Shown here piece after piece: positions 30,201 through 38,346 of a stretch of 64,000 nt of DNA. The position numbers and the translations under genes were made by a program. The DNA lies in assembly GCA_964570285.1 (NCBI GenBank), contig CAZMXP010000004.1, positions 75,365 to 139,364 on the forward strand, in the 5' to 3' direction. The first letter of the stretch is position 1, and each line of letters starts with the position of its first letter. This stretch comes from an uncultured Planctomycetaceae bacterium. Lineage in GTDB: Bacteria; Planctomycetota; PLA2. The notes beneath the pieces are model-generated. The model had not been told where the DNA came from, searched no databases, and saw only the letters and a list, made by a program, of their open reading frames with translations.

Positions 30201-30360
30201 GGGCGAGACGCGCGAGGCGCAAAACGACCTCGAACGCGCGATCCGCGAGGACCGGCGCCTCCTCGCCGAGGCGCAGGCCGACCCCGACTTCGCCCCCTTC
30301 GCCGAGAGCTTCCGCCTCGCCGAGGAGGAGTTCCTCGAGTCGCTCTTCCGGTGGGACTAG
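27208..30360 (+). CDS. Large secreted all-alpha HEAT/TPR-like repeat protein
   Basis: Signal peptide MPLTLPLLLLLPLAG; Ala/Leu-rich helical repeats; C-terminal TPR-like ARHLLYQAKALIALGETREAQNDLERAI. Confidence 0.75.
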   Translation: MPLTLPLLLLLPLAGPYGIDGPPAPLDSATRQRLDQALALCRSGAGEEVEQAVRQIALIGEGALPAVVERLNAGGPGERMVLLHAVSRIGRAAPLRVQAATDPHPAVRALVAAPARAPPLPDLRRLASEYVDLLAVADHARRADADEDLRGRRPPLGRDDSTFAALRRRLRDRRLADAYQAARQAAALALARAGAEALREGRMRPDLGDPAFVAYAALLREEEPGPLYHAMAGLVAVGEPAAPALVALLQRHDPRRVVPLLIAVGQGRELCLARESHGAEAQAALVQWAARVLPPEELLPWLERAAESEHEVVRSHALDALLDLPSPAGIDAARRLFAIEGPGGDDTEAARLLARAGEVEPLAEWVRLAPLPPEGASGTRVAQLRRASLAALRKEGGAGAERLGAELMASESGELRLLGLEFVRDEALLFAFLAREPEERLAEAAVLRVLDLSGPAAAPALAAALGARGLPLSRRLAQGFRRAGAGETLVGFAEAGSDEALAALGGFDALPPGVGERLLAIHAGASGERRVRALAALVPLGSAAVRERVIEAGDAGIEVLAARTGLDGPLAFSVPLLARVAGADASLLRRLGRIAAALPEPEPGLFLALLDRWEAVAADEPPGSDSEGGPVRQRILLVQGLARARDGASVAALFRRLLEGRLGDIHFVLPVLEAAARHLSGADLAPLLPLVLARCAEERPLAEKRPPPYDEMRRRLLWGGINALALKPPEGALAGLLPILFEPSLQPMAFDWQDSCPAPSWVLEALRHFPADAVSTALAAEIGAAEEDGRLAAMHPETLFRYVKSCREGRDRGRLLPEVALLLGDVLDRLPFDGEVAAERISALATLGRWKEAAEVARRAAAEARARGRGADEGFWTPRRLDGRAAICDAMASGDGAAMGALAAAAGTDPIVSYLAAWNHLFALGDLAAADTAAAAAAWGTGALYHAYRDMLGMVRVRQGRPQEALWWFDPQAALPIRRPSDQGARHLLYQAKALIALGETREAQNDLERAIREDRRLLAEAQADPDFAPFAESFRLAEEEFLESLFRWD

Positions 30361-30394
30361 CGGGGCCCGGCAGGGCCCGGGCCCCGCTAGTCCC
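30353..30394. terminator. Perfect 18-bp hairpin between convergent genes
   Basis: GGGACTAGCGGGGCCCGG / CCGGGCCCCGCTAGTCCC; includes the TAG of the upstream gene. Confidence 0.65.
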
Positions 30395-30404
30395 GAGGTG
30401 GAGT

Positions 30405-31073
30405 TCAGGGGTAGTTCCAACTCGAACCCGGCTCGAGTTCCTTCACGGTGACGCCGAGGGGCGCGAAGCCGCGCGCGTCCTGCGCGAGCACCGGGAAGGT
30501 CCTGTAGTGGATCGGGATCGCGACCTTCGGGCGGATCCACTCGGCGGCCTTCGTTGCGAGTTCGGCGCCCATCGTGTAGCGGTCGCCGATCGGGATCAGC
30601 GCGACGTCGGGCCGGTAGATCTCGCCGATCAGTTTCATGTCGCCGAAGAGGCCGGTGTCGCCGCAGTGGTAGACCGTCACGCCCCCCATGCGCAGCACGA
30701 TGCCGCAGGCGTTGCCCATGTAGCGGCCGCCGTGCGACGAGGAGTGGAACGCCTGCGTGAAGGCGGCCCAGCCCCACGGCGTCTCCACCTTGCCGCCCGG
30801 GTTGGCGCCCACCGTCCTGACCCCCTCGCCCTCCGCCCAGACGGTGATCTCGTGGCAGGCGATCAGCGTCGCCTTGTTCCGCTTCGCGATCGAAAACGAG
30901 TCGCCGACGTGGTCCTCGTGGCCGTGCGTCAGCAGCACCGTGCCGCAGCGGATCTCCTCGGGCTTCTGCTTCGCCAGCGGATTCCCCGTCAGGAAGGGAT
31001 CGATGACGGCCGACTCCTTGCCGTCGGAGAAGAGAAAGCCCGAGTGCCCGAGATAAGTGATCGAGAGTCCCAT
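30405..31073 (-). CDS. Metal-dependent hydrolase, metallo-beta-lactamase fold (UPF0173)
   Basis: ITYLGHSGF, IDPFLTGNP, LLTHGHEDHVGD, AFHSSS, YHCGDTG, IPIHY. Confidence 0.92.
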   Translation of the reverse strand: MGLSITYLGHSGFLFSDGKESAVIDPFLTGNPLAKQKPEEIRCGTVLLTHGHEDHVGDSFSIAKRNKATLIACHEITVWAEGEGVRTVGANPGGKVETPWGWAAFTQAFHSSSHGGRYMGNACGIVLRMGGVTVYHCGDTGLFGDMKLIGEIYRPDVALIPIGDRYTMGAELATKAAEWIRPKVAIPIHYRTFPVLAQDARGFAPLGVTVKELEPGSSWNYP

Positions 31074-31138
31074 CGCGTCCTCGCTTGAATGCGCCTTGTA
31101 CCCGGTACAGGACAGAGGCTAGCACGCCCCATTCCCTT

Positions 31139-31196
31139 GTAAACGGCGGCTCCGCAGCCCTTTACGGCAATCCGCTCGAGTGGCACGCCTTTCGAT
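31139..31196 (+). promoter_or_regulatory. Probable sigma54-type promoter with an upstream GTAA-N19-TTAC element
   Basis: TGGCACG (consensus -24) at 31181. The -12 reads GA rather than GC. TTACGGC lies 12 nt upstream, as at the PspA-like promoter. Confidence 0.45.
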
Positions 31197-31221
31197 AAGG
31201 CACAGGCAGGAGATAACAGCC

Positions 31222-31638
31222 ATGACCAAAACCCTGCTGATCGCCTCTCTCTTCGCTCTCGGGGCGCCGACCGCATCGGCGGGCGACCTCGACTTCATCT
31301 TCCGCTGGGGAAGCCACCGGCACAACCGCCGCGTCGAAGTGCGGCACAACCACCGCCACGAGGTGCGCTGCGACGAGCACTGCCACCGCACCTACGTCCC
31401 CGGCTGCTACGAGACCGTGACCGTCCGCGTGTTCGTCCCGGCCCGGCATGAAACCGTCTGGGAGCCGGCCGTCTACGAGACTCGCTACGACCCCTGCGGC
31501 CGCGCCTACCGCGTCTGCGTCCGCGAGGGATACTACCGGACCGTCTGCATCCCGGCGCGCTACGAGGACCGCTGCGAGCGGGTCTTCAGGCCGGGCCGCT
31601 GGGTCTACGACTGCAACACCCGCGGACACTGCCATTGA
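31222..31638 (+). CDS. Small secreted His/Cys-rich protein with WXXGXW-like repeats
   Basis: AGGAG SD; signal peptide MTKTLLIASLFALGAPTASA; repeats YVPGCY, FVPARH, WEPAVY, VREGYY, CIPARY, FRPGRW. Confidence 0.75.
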   Translation: MTKTLLIASLFALGAPTASAGDLDFIFRWGSHRHNRRVEVRHNHRHEVRCDEHCHRTYVPGCYETVTVRVFVPARHETVWEPAVYETRYDPCGRAYRVCVREGYYRTVCIPARYEDRCERVFRPGRWVYDCNTRGHCH

Positions 31639-31640
31639 AG

Positions 31641-31660
31641 ACTCGCCTGCGGCGGGTTTT
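31641..31660 (+). terminator. Rho-independent terminator
   Basis: ACTCGCC-TGC-GGCGGGT followed by TTT, right after the stop. Confidence 0.55.
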
Positions 31661-32661
31661 CACCAAGGGCTGCTGCGCGGACCTAGTCCGCGCAGCAGCT
31701 TGTTTGGAAGCGCGGGGCCTTCGAACACGAGGGCGGAGTAGATCTGCACGAGGTTCGCGCCGGCGTCGAGACGGGCTTGTGCTTCGGAGGCCGAGCCGAT
31801 GCCGCCGACGGAGATGATCGGCAGGGACCTGCCGAGGAGCGAGCGCAGGTCGCGGAGCATGGCCGATGATCGGGGGGCGAGGGGGGTGCCGGAGAGGCCG
31901 CCCTCGAAGGCGATGCCCGGGGGGCGCTCGAGCGTCGTGTTCGTCGCGACAACGCCGTCGCACCCCGAGGCCGTGACCGCCCCCGCCGCGTCCGCAAGGG
32001 CGGCCTGGTCGAGGTCGGGGCTCAGCTTGACGAAGAGCGGCGTTCCCCCCGCGGCCGCCTTGACGCGCCGGAGCAGCGTTTCGAGCCAGGCGCGGGACTG
32101 GAGTTCGCGCAGGCCGGGGGTGTTGGGCGACGAGACGTTGACGACCCAGTAGTCGGCGACCCCGCGGGTCGCCTCCAGCGCTTCGAGGTAGTCGTCGGTC
32201 GCCCGCTCCAGCGGCGTCTCCTTCTGCTTGCCGAGGTTGATGCCGACGGTGTCGCCCTCCCGCTTGTCCTTCCCGAGGCGCCTTGCCACGGCGGCGGCGC
32301 CGTCGTTGGGGAATCCGAGGCGGTTGCCGAGCGCGCCCACTTCGGGAAAGCGCCACATCCGCGGGCGATCGTTGCCGGGCTGCGGGCGGGGGGTGACCGT
32401 GCCGAACTCGACGAAGCCGAACCCGAGCGCGCGCCAGAAGGGTAGAGCGACGCCGTTCTTGTCGAACCCGGCGGCGAGGCCGAGGGGGTTCTTGAACCGG
32501 AGGCCCGCGACGACGACCGGCCGGTCGCCTCCCCCCGCGCCCCCCAACCATCGCCCCAACGGGCCGCCTCCCAGCCTCGCGGCGCGCATCGCCCATCGAT
32601 GGGCCCTCTCCGGATCCATCCGGAAGAGCAGCGGTTTCATCAGGCCGTAGGGCAGGGGCAT
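31660..32661 (-). CDS. pyrD: Dihydroorotate dehydrogenase (quinone), class 2
   Basis: NPLGLAAGFDKN, GTVTPRPQPGNDRPR, NRLGFPNDG, NVSSPNTPGLR, GGLSG. Confidence 0.96.
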   Translation of the reverse strand: MPLPYGLMKPLLFRMDPERAHRWAMRAARLGGGPLGRWLGGAGGGDRPVVVAGLRFKNPLGLAAGFDKNGVALPFWRALGFGFVEFGTVTPRPQPGNDRPRMWRFPEVGALGNRLGFPNDGAAAVARRLGKDKREGDTVGINLGKQKETPLERATDDYLEALEATRGVADYWVVNVSSPNTPGLRELQSRAWLETLLRRVKAAAGGTPLFVKLSPDLDQAALADAAGAVTASGCDGVVATNTTLERPPGIAFEGGLSGTPLAPRSSAMLRDLRSLLGRSLPIISVGGIGSASEAQARLDAGANLVQIYSALVFEGPALPNKLLRGLGPRSSPW

Positions 32662-32698
32662 GGCCGGCGGCTGGCAGTCTAGGCGATAATGACCACGG

Positions 32699-34138
32699 AT
32701 GTCGGGCGCGGGCGAGACCTACGAGAGCCCCTTGGCCGGCCGGTACGCCAGCGCCGCGATGAAGCGGCTCTGGTCGCCGGCGCACTCGGCCCGGACGTGG
32801 CGGCGCCTCTGGCTCTGGCTCGCGGAGGCGGAGCGCGAGCTGGGGCTGCCGGTCTCGGAGGCGCAACTCGCGGCGATGCGGGCGCACCTCGACGACGTCG
32901 ATCTCGACGAGATCCGGCGCCGGGAGGGGGAGCTGCGCCACGATGTGATGGCCCACCTGCACACCTTCGGCGCGCTCTGCCCGGAGGCGAAGCCGATCCT
33001 GCACTGGGGCGCCACGAGCGCCTATGTGCAGGACAACGGCGACCTGCTGCTGATGAAGGAGTCGCTCGGGCTGCTGCGGGCGGGTCTCGTCAACGTGCTC
33101 GACGCGCTGGGCCGCTTCGCGCGGCAGTGGCGCGACCTGCCGACGCTCGGCTTCACGCACTTCCAGCCCGCCCAGCCGACCACGGTCGGCAAGCGGGCGA
33201 CGCTCTGGGCGCAGGACCTGCTCTTCGACCTGCAGGACCTGGGGTATCTGCTCGGGACGCTCCCTTTCCGGGGGGTGAAGGGGACGACCGGCACGCAGGC
33301 GTCGTTTCTCACCCTCTTCGAGGGGGATCATCAGAGGGTCCGGGAGCTGGACCGCCTCGTCACCGCCAAGGCGGGCTTCGGCAAGAGTGTTGCCGTCTCC
33401 GGCCAGACGATCTCGCGCAAGCAGGATGCGCGGGTGGCGGCAGTGCTCGGGGGGATCGCGGCGACCGCCGGGAAGTTCGGCAACGACCTTCGGCTCCTGC
33501 AGCACCTGGGCGAGCTCGAGGAGCCGTTCCGCGAGAAGCAGGTCGGCTCGTCGGCGATGCCGTACAAGCGTAACCCCATGCGGGCGGAGAGGATGTGCGC
33601 GCTGTCGCGCTTCGTCCTCGCGACCGCCCAGAACCCCGGATACACCGCGGCGACCCAGTGGCTGGAGCGGACCCTGGACGACTCGGCCAACCGGCGGCTG
33701 GCGCTGCCGGAGCTCTTCCTCGCGGTGGACGCCCTTCTCCATCTCTTCCTCGACGTCGCGCGCGGGCTGGTCGTGCATCCGAAGGTGGTCGAGCGCAACC
33801 TCCGCCGGGAGCTTCCGTTCCTCGCGACGGAGGAGATCCTGATGGAGGCGGTGCGCAGGGGCGGCGACCGGCAGGTGCTGCACGAGCGCCTCCGCGTGCA
33901 CGCCCGTGCCGCCGCCGACCGGCTGAAGGAGGGGGGGGAGGGCAACGACCTCCTCGCGCGCCTCGCCTCCGATGGCGCCTTCGAGGGCGTCGGCGACCTG
34001 CTCGCGGCCGACGCCGACGCGCGCCGGTACACCGGGCGCGCGGGCCGGCAGGTGGAGGAGTTCCTCGCCGAGGAGGTCGACCCCGTCGTCGCGGCCCATC
34101 GCGACCTGCTCGGCGGCGAGGCTGAGGTGAATGTCTAG
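32699..34138 (+). CDS. purB: Adenylosuccinate lyase
   Basis: RHDVMAH, HWGATS, GFTHFQPAQPTTVGKR, GSSAMPYKRNP. Confidence 0.96.
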   Translation: MSGAGETYESPLAGRYASAAMKRLWSPAHSARTWRRLWLWLAEAERELGLPVSEAQLAAMRAHLDDVDLDEIRRREGELRHDVMAHLHTFGALCPEAKPILHWGATSAYVQDNGDLLLMKESLGLLRAGLVNVLDALGRFARQWRDLPTLGFTHFQPAQPTTVGKRATLWAQDLLFDLQDLGYLLGTLPFRGVKGTTGTQASFLTLFEGDHQRVRELDRLVTAKAGFGKSVAVSGQTISRKQDARVAAVLGGIAATAGKFGNDLRLLQHLGELEEPFREKQVGSSAMPYKRNPMRAERMCALSRFVLATAQNPGYTAATQWLERTLDDSANRRLALPELFLAVDALLHLFLDVARGLVVHPKVVERNLRRELPFLATEEILMEAVRRGGDRQVLHERLRVHARAAADRLKEGGEGNDLLARLASDGAFEGVGDLLAADADARRYTGRAGRQVEEFLAEEVDPVVAAHRDLLGGEAEVNV

Positions 34139-34224
34139 GAACTTCACCGGACTTTAATGTCCGGTCCGCCCGCGTCCGAAAGAGTGGGCGCTCCTGCGTA
34201 TACAATCAACGCGGGACAGCGCAG

Positions 34225-34719
34225 ATGAGTCACGGCGAAGGCAACGACGATCGAAGCGATCCGGCACCCGACGAGGGCGTGGACGAATCGCCGGTGCGTC
34301 GTCCCGGTCCCCACGGCGCCGACGCCGAGATCACGCGCGCGCACCGTCGCGCGGAGAAGAGCAGCCGACGCGCGTTCGAGGAGGTCTCGCCGCAGCCGAT
34401 CGCCGCCGCGGAAGCGGTGACGGCGCTCGACGACGAGAACGAGATCCCCCCGCCGTCGCCGAAGGGGAAGATGCCGCTCGTGAAGAGCCGGGCCTGCTTC
34501 ATCGCGACGGCCGCCTACGGCACCGACGACGCGCCCGAGGTGGAGCAGCTCCGCCGCTTCCGCGACGAGCGCCTGCTGAAGAGCGCCGTCGGCACGATGC
34601 TCGTGCGCCTCTACTACCGCATGAGCCCGCCGATCGCGCGCCTCGTCGCGCGCAAGCCGCGCCTGCGCACCGCCGTGCGCCGCGCGCTCGACTGTTTCCG
34701 CAGCCGCGCGGCGCTCTAG
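34225..34719 (+). CDS. CFI-box-CTERM domain protein
   Basis: CFIATAAYGTDDAPEVEQLRRFRDERLLKSAVGTMLVRLYYRMSPPIA. Confidence 0.85.
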   Translation: MSHGEGNDDRSDPAPDEGVDESPVRRPGPHGADAEITRAHRRAEKSSRRAFEEVSPQPIAAAEAVTALDDENEIPPPSPKGKMPLVKSRACFIATAAYGTDDAPEVEQLRRFRDERLLKSAVGTMLVRLYYRMSPPIARLVARKPRLRTAVRRALDCFRSRAAL

Positions 34720-35510
34720 GCGAGCGCGCCGCGCAGCACCGTCACCGCCTGTCCGGCGATGTTGACGCGGTCGCCCCACAGCGAGACGCGCACCGTGCCG
34801 CCGCGGCGCGACGCCTGGTAGCCGACGAGGCTGTCGCGGCCGAACCGCTCGCACCAGAAGGGCGCGAGGCAGCAGTGCGCGGAGCCGGTCACCGGATCCT
34901 CCGGCACGCCCACGCTCGGCGCGAAGAAGCGCGAGACGAAGTCGTAGCCCGCGGTCTCCGCCTTCGCGGTGACGACGACGCCGCGCACGTCCACCTTCGC
35001 GAGCTTCGCGAAGTCGGGCGTCATCCCCCGCACCGTCTTCTCGTCCGCGACCTCGATCATGTAGTCCCGGTCGTTGCGCCCGATCCAGGCCGGTTCGACG
35101 CCGAGCGCCGACAGGAGCCCCCGGCGCGGCGCCGCCACGCGGCGCGCGGCGAGCAGCGGGAAGTCCATCTCGATCCAGTCGCCGGCGCGCGCCGCCGCGA
35201 GCACGCCGCCCTTCGTGTGGAAGACGGCCCGTGCCGAGGGCGGCAGGCGGCCGCTCTCCCAGAGCACGTGGGCGCTCGCCAGCGTGGCATGGCCGCAGAG
35301 GTCCACCTCGATGAGCGGCGTGAACCAGCGCAGGTCATACTCGGAGGGGGCGCGGGGGACGAGAAAGGCGGTCTCCGAGAGGTTCATCTCCGCCGCGACC
35401 GCCTGCATCCAGGCTTCGTCGGCGGCCTGCTCCAGCACGCAGACCGCCGCCGGATTGCCCGCGAACGGGCGATCCGTGAATGCATCCACGAACACGATAG
35501 GCTGGCCCAT
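34716..35510 (-). CDS. PhzF-family isomerase
   Basis: VDAFTDRPFAGNPAAV, EMNLSETAF, EVDLCGHATLA, EDPVTGSAHC. Confidence 0.93.
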   Translation of the reverse strand: MGQPIVFVDAFTDRPFAGNPAAVCVLEQAADEAWMQAVAAEMNLSETAFLVPRAPSEYDLRWFTPLIEVDLCGHATLASAHVLWESGRLPPSARAVFHTKGGVLAAARAGDWIEMDFPLLAARRVAAPRRGLLSALGVEPAWIGRNDRDYMIEVADEKTVRGMTPDFAKLAKVDVRGVVVTAKAETAGYDFVSRFFAPSVGVPEDPVTGSAHCCLAPFWCERFGRDSLVGYQASRRGGTVRVSLWGDRVNIAGQAVTVLRGALA

Positions 35511-35587
35511 CGGCCCCACCATCGTAATGCGGGGGCTACCCCGGCCCAAATCCGCCGCGCCTGCCGATCTATAGACGGAGAACCGGC

Positions 35588-37846
35588 ATGATCAACACCG
35601 AAGCCCTGCGCCGTCGCGCCCTCGCATCCCTCGAGGTCCACGGCCCCACCCTGCTCGCCTTCAGCACCGCCGCGACCTGCTTCACGGTGGCCGCGATCCA
35701 ACTCTTCACGCCCGCGCTCTCCGAGACGACGGGGAGCGTCTCCCTCGCCCGCGGCCTCGCCCGCGGCTTCGGGATCGCCTTCGGCCCGGCCTCCACCGTG
35801 CTCGCGCTGCTCGCCGGGGCCCACGCGCTCCTCCACCTGGTGGGCCGCGGGCTCGAATTCGACAAGCGGCGCATCTTCTGCTCCTTCGCGCTGGTCATCT
35901 TCGTCCCGTGCCTGTTCGCGCTTCTCGGCAGGGCGGACGGCGCGGCGGGCGGCGTCGTCGGCGTGCTCGCGCAGGACGCCGTGCTGCTGCTCTTCCCGGA
36001 GCTTTTCGCGCTGCCGCTGCTCTTTGGCGCGACGCTCGTGACGCTCGGCCTCTCCACCGACTGGTTGTTTCACGGACTCCTGACCTCCCCCCCCGCGCCT
36101 GGGTTGTCCGGGGGGGACTCCGCTCCGCTCCGCCCCCCCGCGCCCCCCCGGCTTGCCCCCAAGCCGAAGAAGGTGGAGCCGGAGCCGGAGCCTGAGCCCG
36201 AGCCGGAACCGGAGGAGGACGACGACGAGGACGAGTGCGTCCCCTGGGAGACCGAGGACGAGGAGGAGGCCGACGACGAGCCGGGCAAGGAGGAGGAGCG
36301 CGCGCCCGTGCAGAAGCCGGTGCAGCTTCCGCTGCCGACGATGCCGGACCTGCCGCGGCCGCGGCGCAGGAAGGACGACAGCCCGCTGCCGAGCCTCGAC
36401 CTGCTCGAGAAGCCGAAGTCGGTCGATCTGGGGCGGCTCGAGAAGGCGATCCAGCAGAACGCGCAGATCCTCGAGCGGTCGCTCGCGTCGTTCAAGATCG
36501 AGACGCAGGTGGTCGGACACGTGCGCGGGCCGGTCATCACGATGTACGAGCTTGCGCTGAAGGAGGGGACGAAGCTGAGCCAGGTCGTCAACCGCGCCGA
36601 CGACCTCGCGATCGCGCTGAAGGCCGAATCCGTGCGCATCGTCGCGCCGATCCCGGGGAAGAACACCGTCGGCGTCGAGGTGCCCAACATCATCCGCGAC
36701 GACGTCGGGCTCCACGGCCTGCTCGCCGAGGTGGGCAACAGCCTCGACAAGAAGGCGGTGCCGATCTTCCTCGGGCGCAACGCGGCGGGCGAGCCGATGG
36801 TGGAGGATCTCGCGACGATGCCGCACCTGCTGATCGCCGGCGCGACCGGCAGCGGCAAGAGCGTTTGCATCAATTCGCTGATCCTGTCGGTGCTGATGAC
36901 GCGGCGCGCCGACGAGGTGAAGCTGATCCTGATCGACCCAAAGCAGGTCGAGCTCGCGTTCTTCCGCGAGGTGCCGCACCTGCTGACGAGCGTCGTCACC
37001 GAGTCGCGCAAGGCGGCGCAGACGCTCGACTGGGTGGTCAACGAGATGGAGGACCGCTACCGCGTCTTCGCGATGTTCGGCGTCAAGAACATCGCGTCGT
37101 ACAACCGCCTCGGGAGCAAGCGCGTCAAGGAGCTCGCGAAGGAGCACGACATCGGCGAGGAGAGCGCGCCGACCTACATGCCCTACCTCGTCGTCGTCGT
37201 GGACGAGCTCGCCGACCTGATCATGACCGGCAAGAAGGAGGTCGAGACGGCGATCACGCGCCTCGCGCAGAAGTCGCGCGCCGTCGGCATCCACAGCGTG
37301 CTCGCGACGCAGCGGCCCTCGACGGACGTCATCACCGGCCTCATCAAGGCGAACATGCCGAGCCGCGCGTCCTTCAAGGTGACGAGCAAGGTCGACAGCC
37401 GCGTCGTCCTCGACCAGAGCGGCGCCGACAAGCTGCTCGGACGGGGCGACATGCTCTTCCTGCCGCCGCGGGCGTTCCACCTCGTGCGGGCGCAGGGCTG
37501 CTACGTCAGCGACAACGAAGTCCGCGCGGTCGTGGACTACCTGCGTGCCAACGGCCCCGGCCAGGACCTGCGCGAACTCGTCGTGCGCGCCGAGACGCTC
37601 GACACCCGCGACCCGCGCGAGGTGGACGACCTCTTCGACAGCGCCTGCCGCGTCGTGCTCGAGTCGCAGCGCGGCTCCGCGTCGCTGCTCCAGCGCGCCC
37701 TCGCCATCGGCTACACCCGCGCCAGCCGCCTCATCGACCTGATGCGCGCCCAGGGCATCATCGGCGAATTCAAGAACGCCCAGGCCGCCGAGGTCCTGTT
37801 GACCCCCGAGGAGTACGAGGCGAAGTACAACTCCGCTGGGGAGTGA
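35588..37846 (+). CDS. ftsK: DNA translocase FtsK/SpoIIIE
   Basis: N-terminal TMs; PHLLIAGATGSGKS; VVDELADL; ATQRPSTDVITGLIKAN; gamma domain SASLLQRALAIGYTRASRLID. Confidence 0.96.
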   Translation: MINTEALRRRALASLEVHGPTLLAFSTAATCFTVAAIQLFTPALSETTGSVSLARGLARGFGIAFGPASTVLALLAGAHALLHLVGRGLEFDKRRIFCSFALVIFVPCLFALLGRADGAAGGVVGVLAQDAVLLLFPELFALPLLFGATLVTLGLSTDWLFHGLLTSPPAPGLSGGDSAPLRPPAPPRLAPKPKKVEPEPEPEPEPEPEEDDDEDECVPWETEDEEEADDEPGKEEERAPVQKPVQLPLPTMPDLPRPRRRKDDSPLPSLDLLEKPKSVDLGRLEKAIQQNAQILERSLASFKIETQVVGHVRGPVITMYELALKEGTKLSQVVNRADDLAIALKAESVRIVAPIPGKNTVGVEVPNIIRDDVGLHGLLAEVGNSLDKKAVPIFLGRNAAGEPMVEDLATMPHLLIAGATGSGKSVCINSLILSVLMTRRADEVKLILIDPKQVELAFFREVPHLLTSVVTESRKAAQTLDWVVNEMEDRYRVFAMFGVKNIASYNRLGSKRVKELAKEHDIGEESAPTYMPYLVVVVDELADLIMTGKKEVETAITRLAQKSRAVGIHSVLATQRPSTDVITGLIKANMPSRASFKVTSKVDSRVVLDQSGADKLLGRGDMLFLPPRAFHLVRAQGCYVSDNEVRAVVDYLRANGPGQDLRELVVRAETLDTRDPREVDDLFDSACRVVLESQRGSASLLQRALAIGYTRASRLIDLMRAQGIIGEFKNAQAAEVLLTPEEYEAKYNSAGE

Positions 37847-37971
37847 CGCGGTCTCCCCCCAGCATCCCCCCAAGGATGTGATCGAGGGCGCTTGCAGGAC
37901 CTGCGGGCGAGTACCCACGGTTGAAGGCTCCCCCGCCGCCAATCCTCCAGCCCCCTTGCTACCATCCCCCC

Positions 37972-38346
37972 ATGCCCGACGCCTACGACACGATCCTCGC
38001 GCGCATCAAGGTCGGCCAGACGATGCGGACGCCGGACGACAAGACGGGCAAGCCGTTCACGATCGCGGAGATCGGCCCCGAGTCGGTCACGGTCAAGACG
38101 GCGAAGGGCGGCAAGGTGCGCATCTCGCTCTTCACCTTCGACACCGCGGCGAAGTACCTCGCCGACATGGGCTGCCGCGGCGACCGCTGGCTCGAAGTCA
38201 AGGACGAGAACTTCCAGATGGTGCTCAACATGGAGAACGACCGCGTGCGCGCCGCCTCCTACGTGCTCGGCATCCTCGCGGCGGCGGGCGTCATCGAGAT
38301 CGACGGCGGCCGGCCCAACCGCGCGCGGCTCGTCACTCGACCGTGA
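37972..38346 (+). CDS. Hypothetical 124-aa protein
   Basis: Host-like codon usage; TACCAT -10 box 6 nt before ATG; C-terminal ASYVLGILAAAGVIEI helix. Confidence 0.7.
   Translation: MPDAYDTILARIKVGQTMRTPDDKTGKPFTIAEIGPESVTVKTAKGGKVRISLFTFDTAAKYLADMGCRGDRWLEVKDENFQMVLNMENDRVRAASYVLGILAAAGVIEIDGGRPNRARLVTRP

Noticed and set aside
36170-36300. GAGCC(G/T) repeats and acidic run in ftsK
   Set aside because: Ordinary (EP)n and acidic low-complexity FtsK linker.
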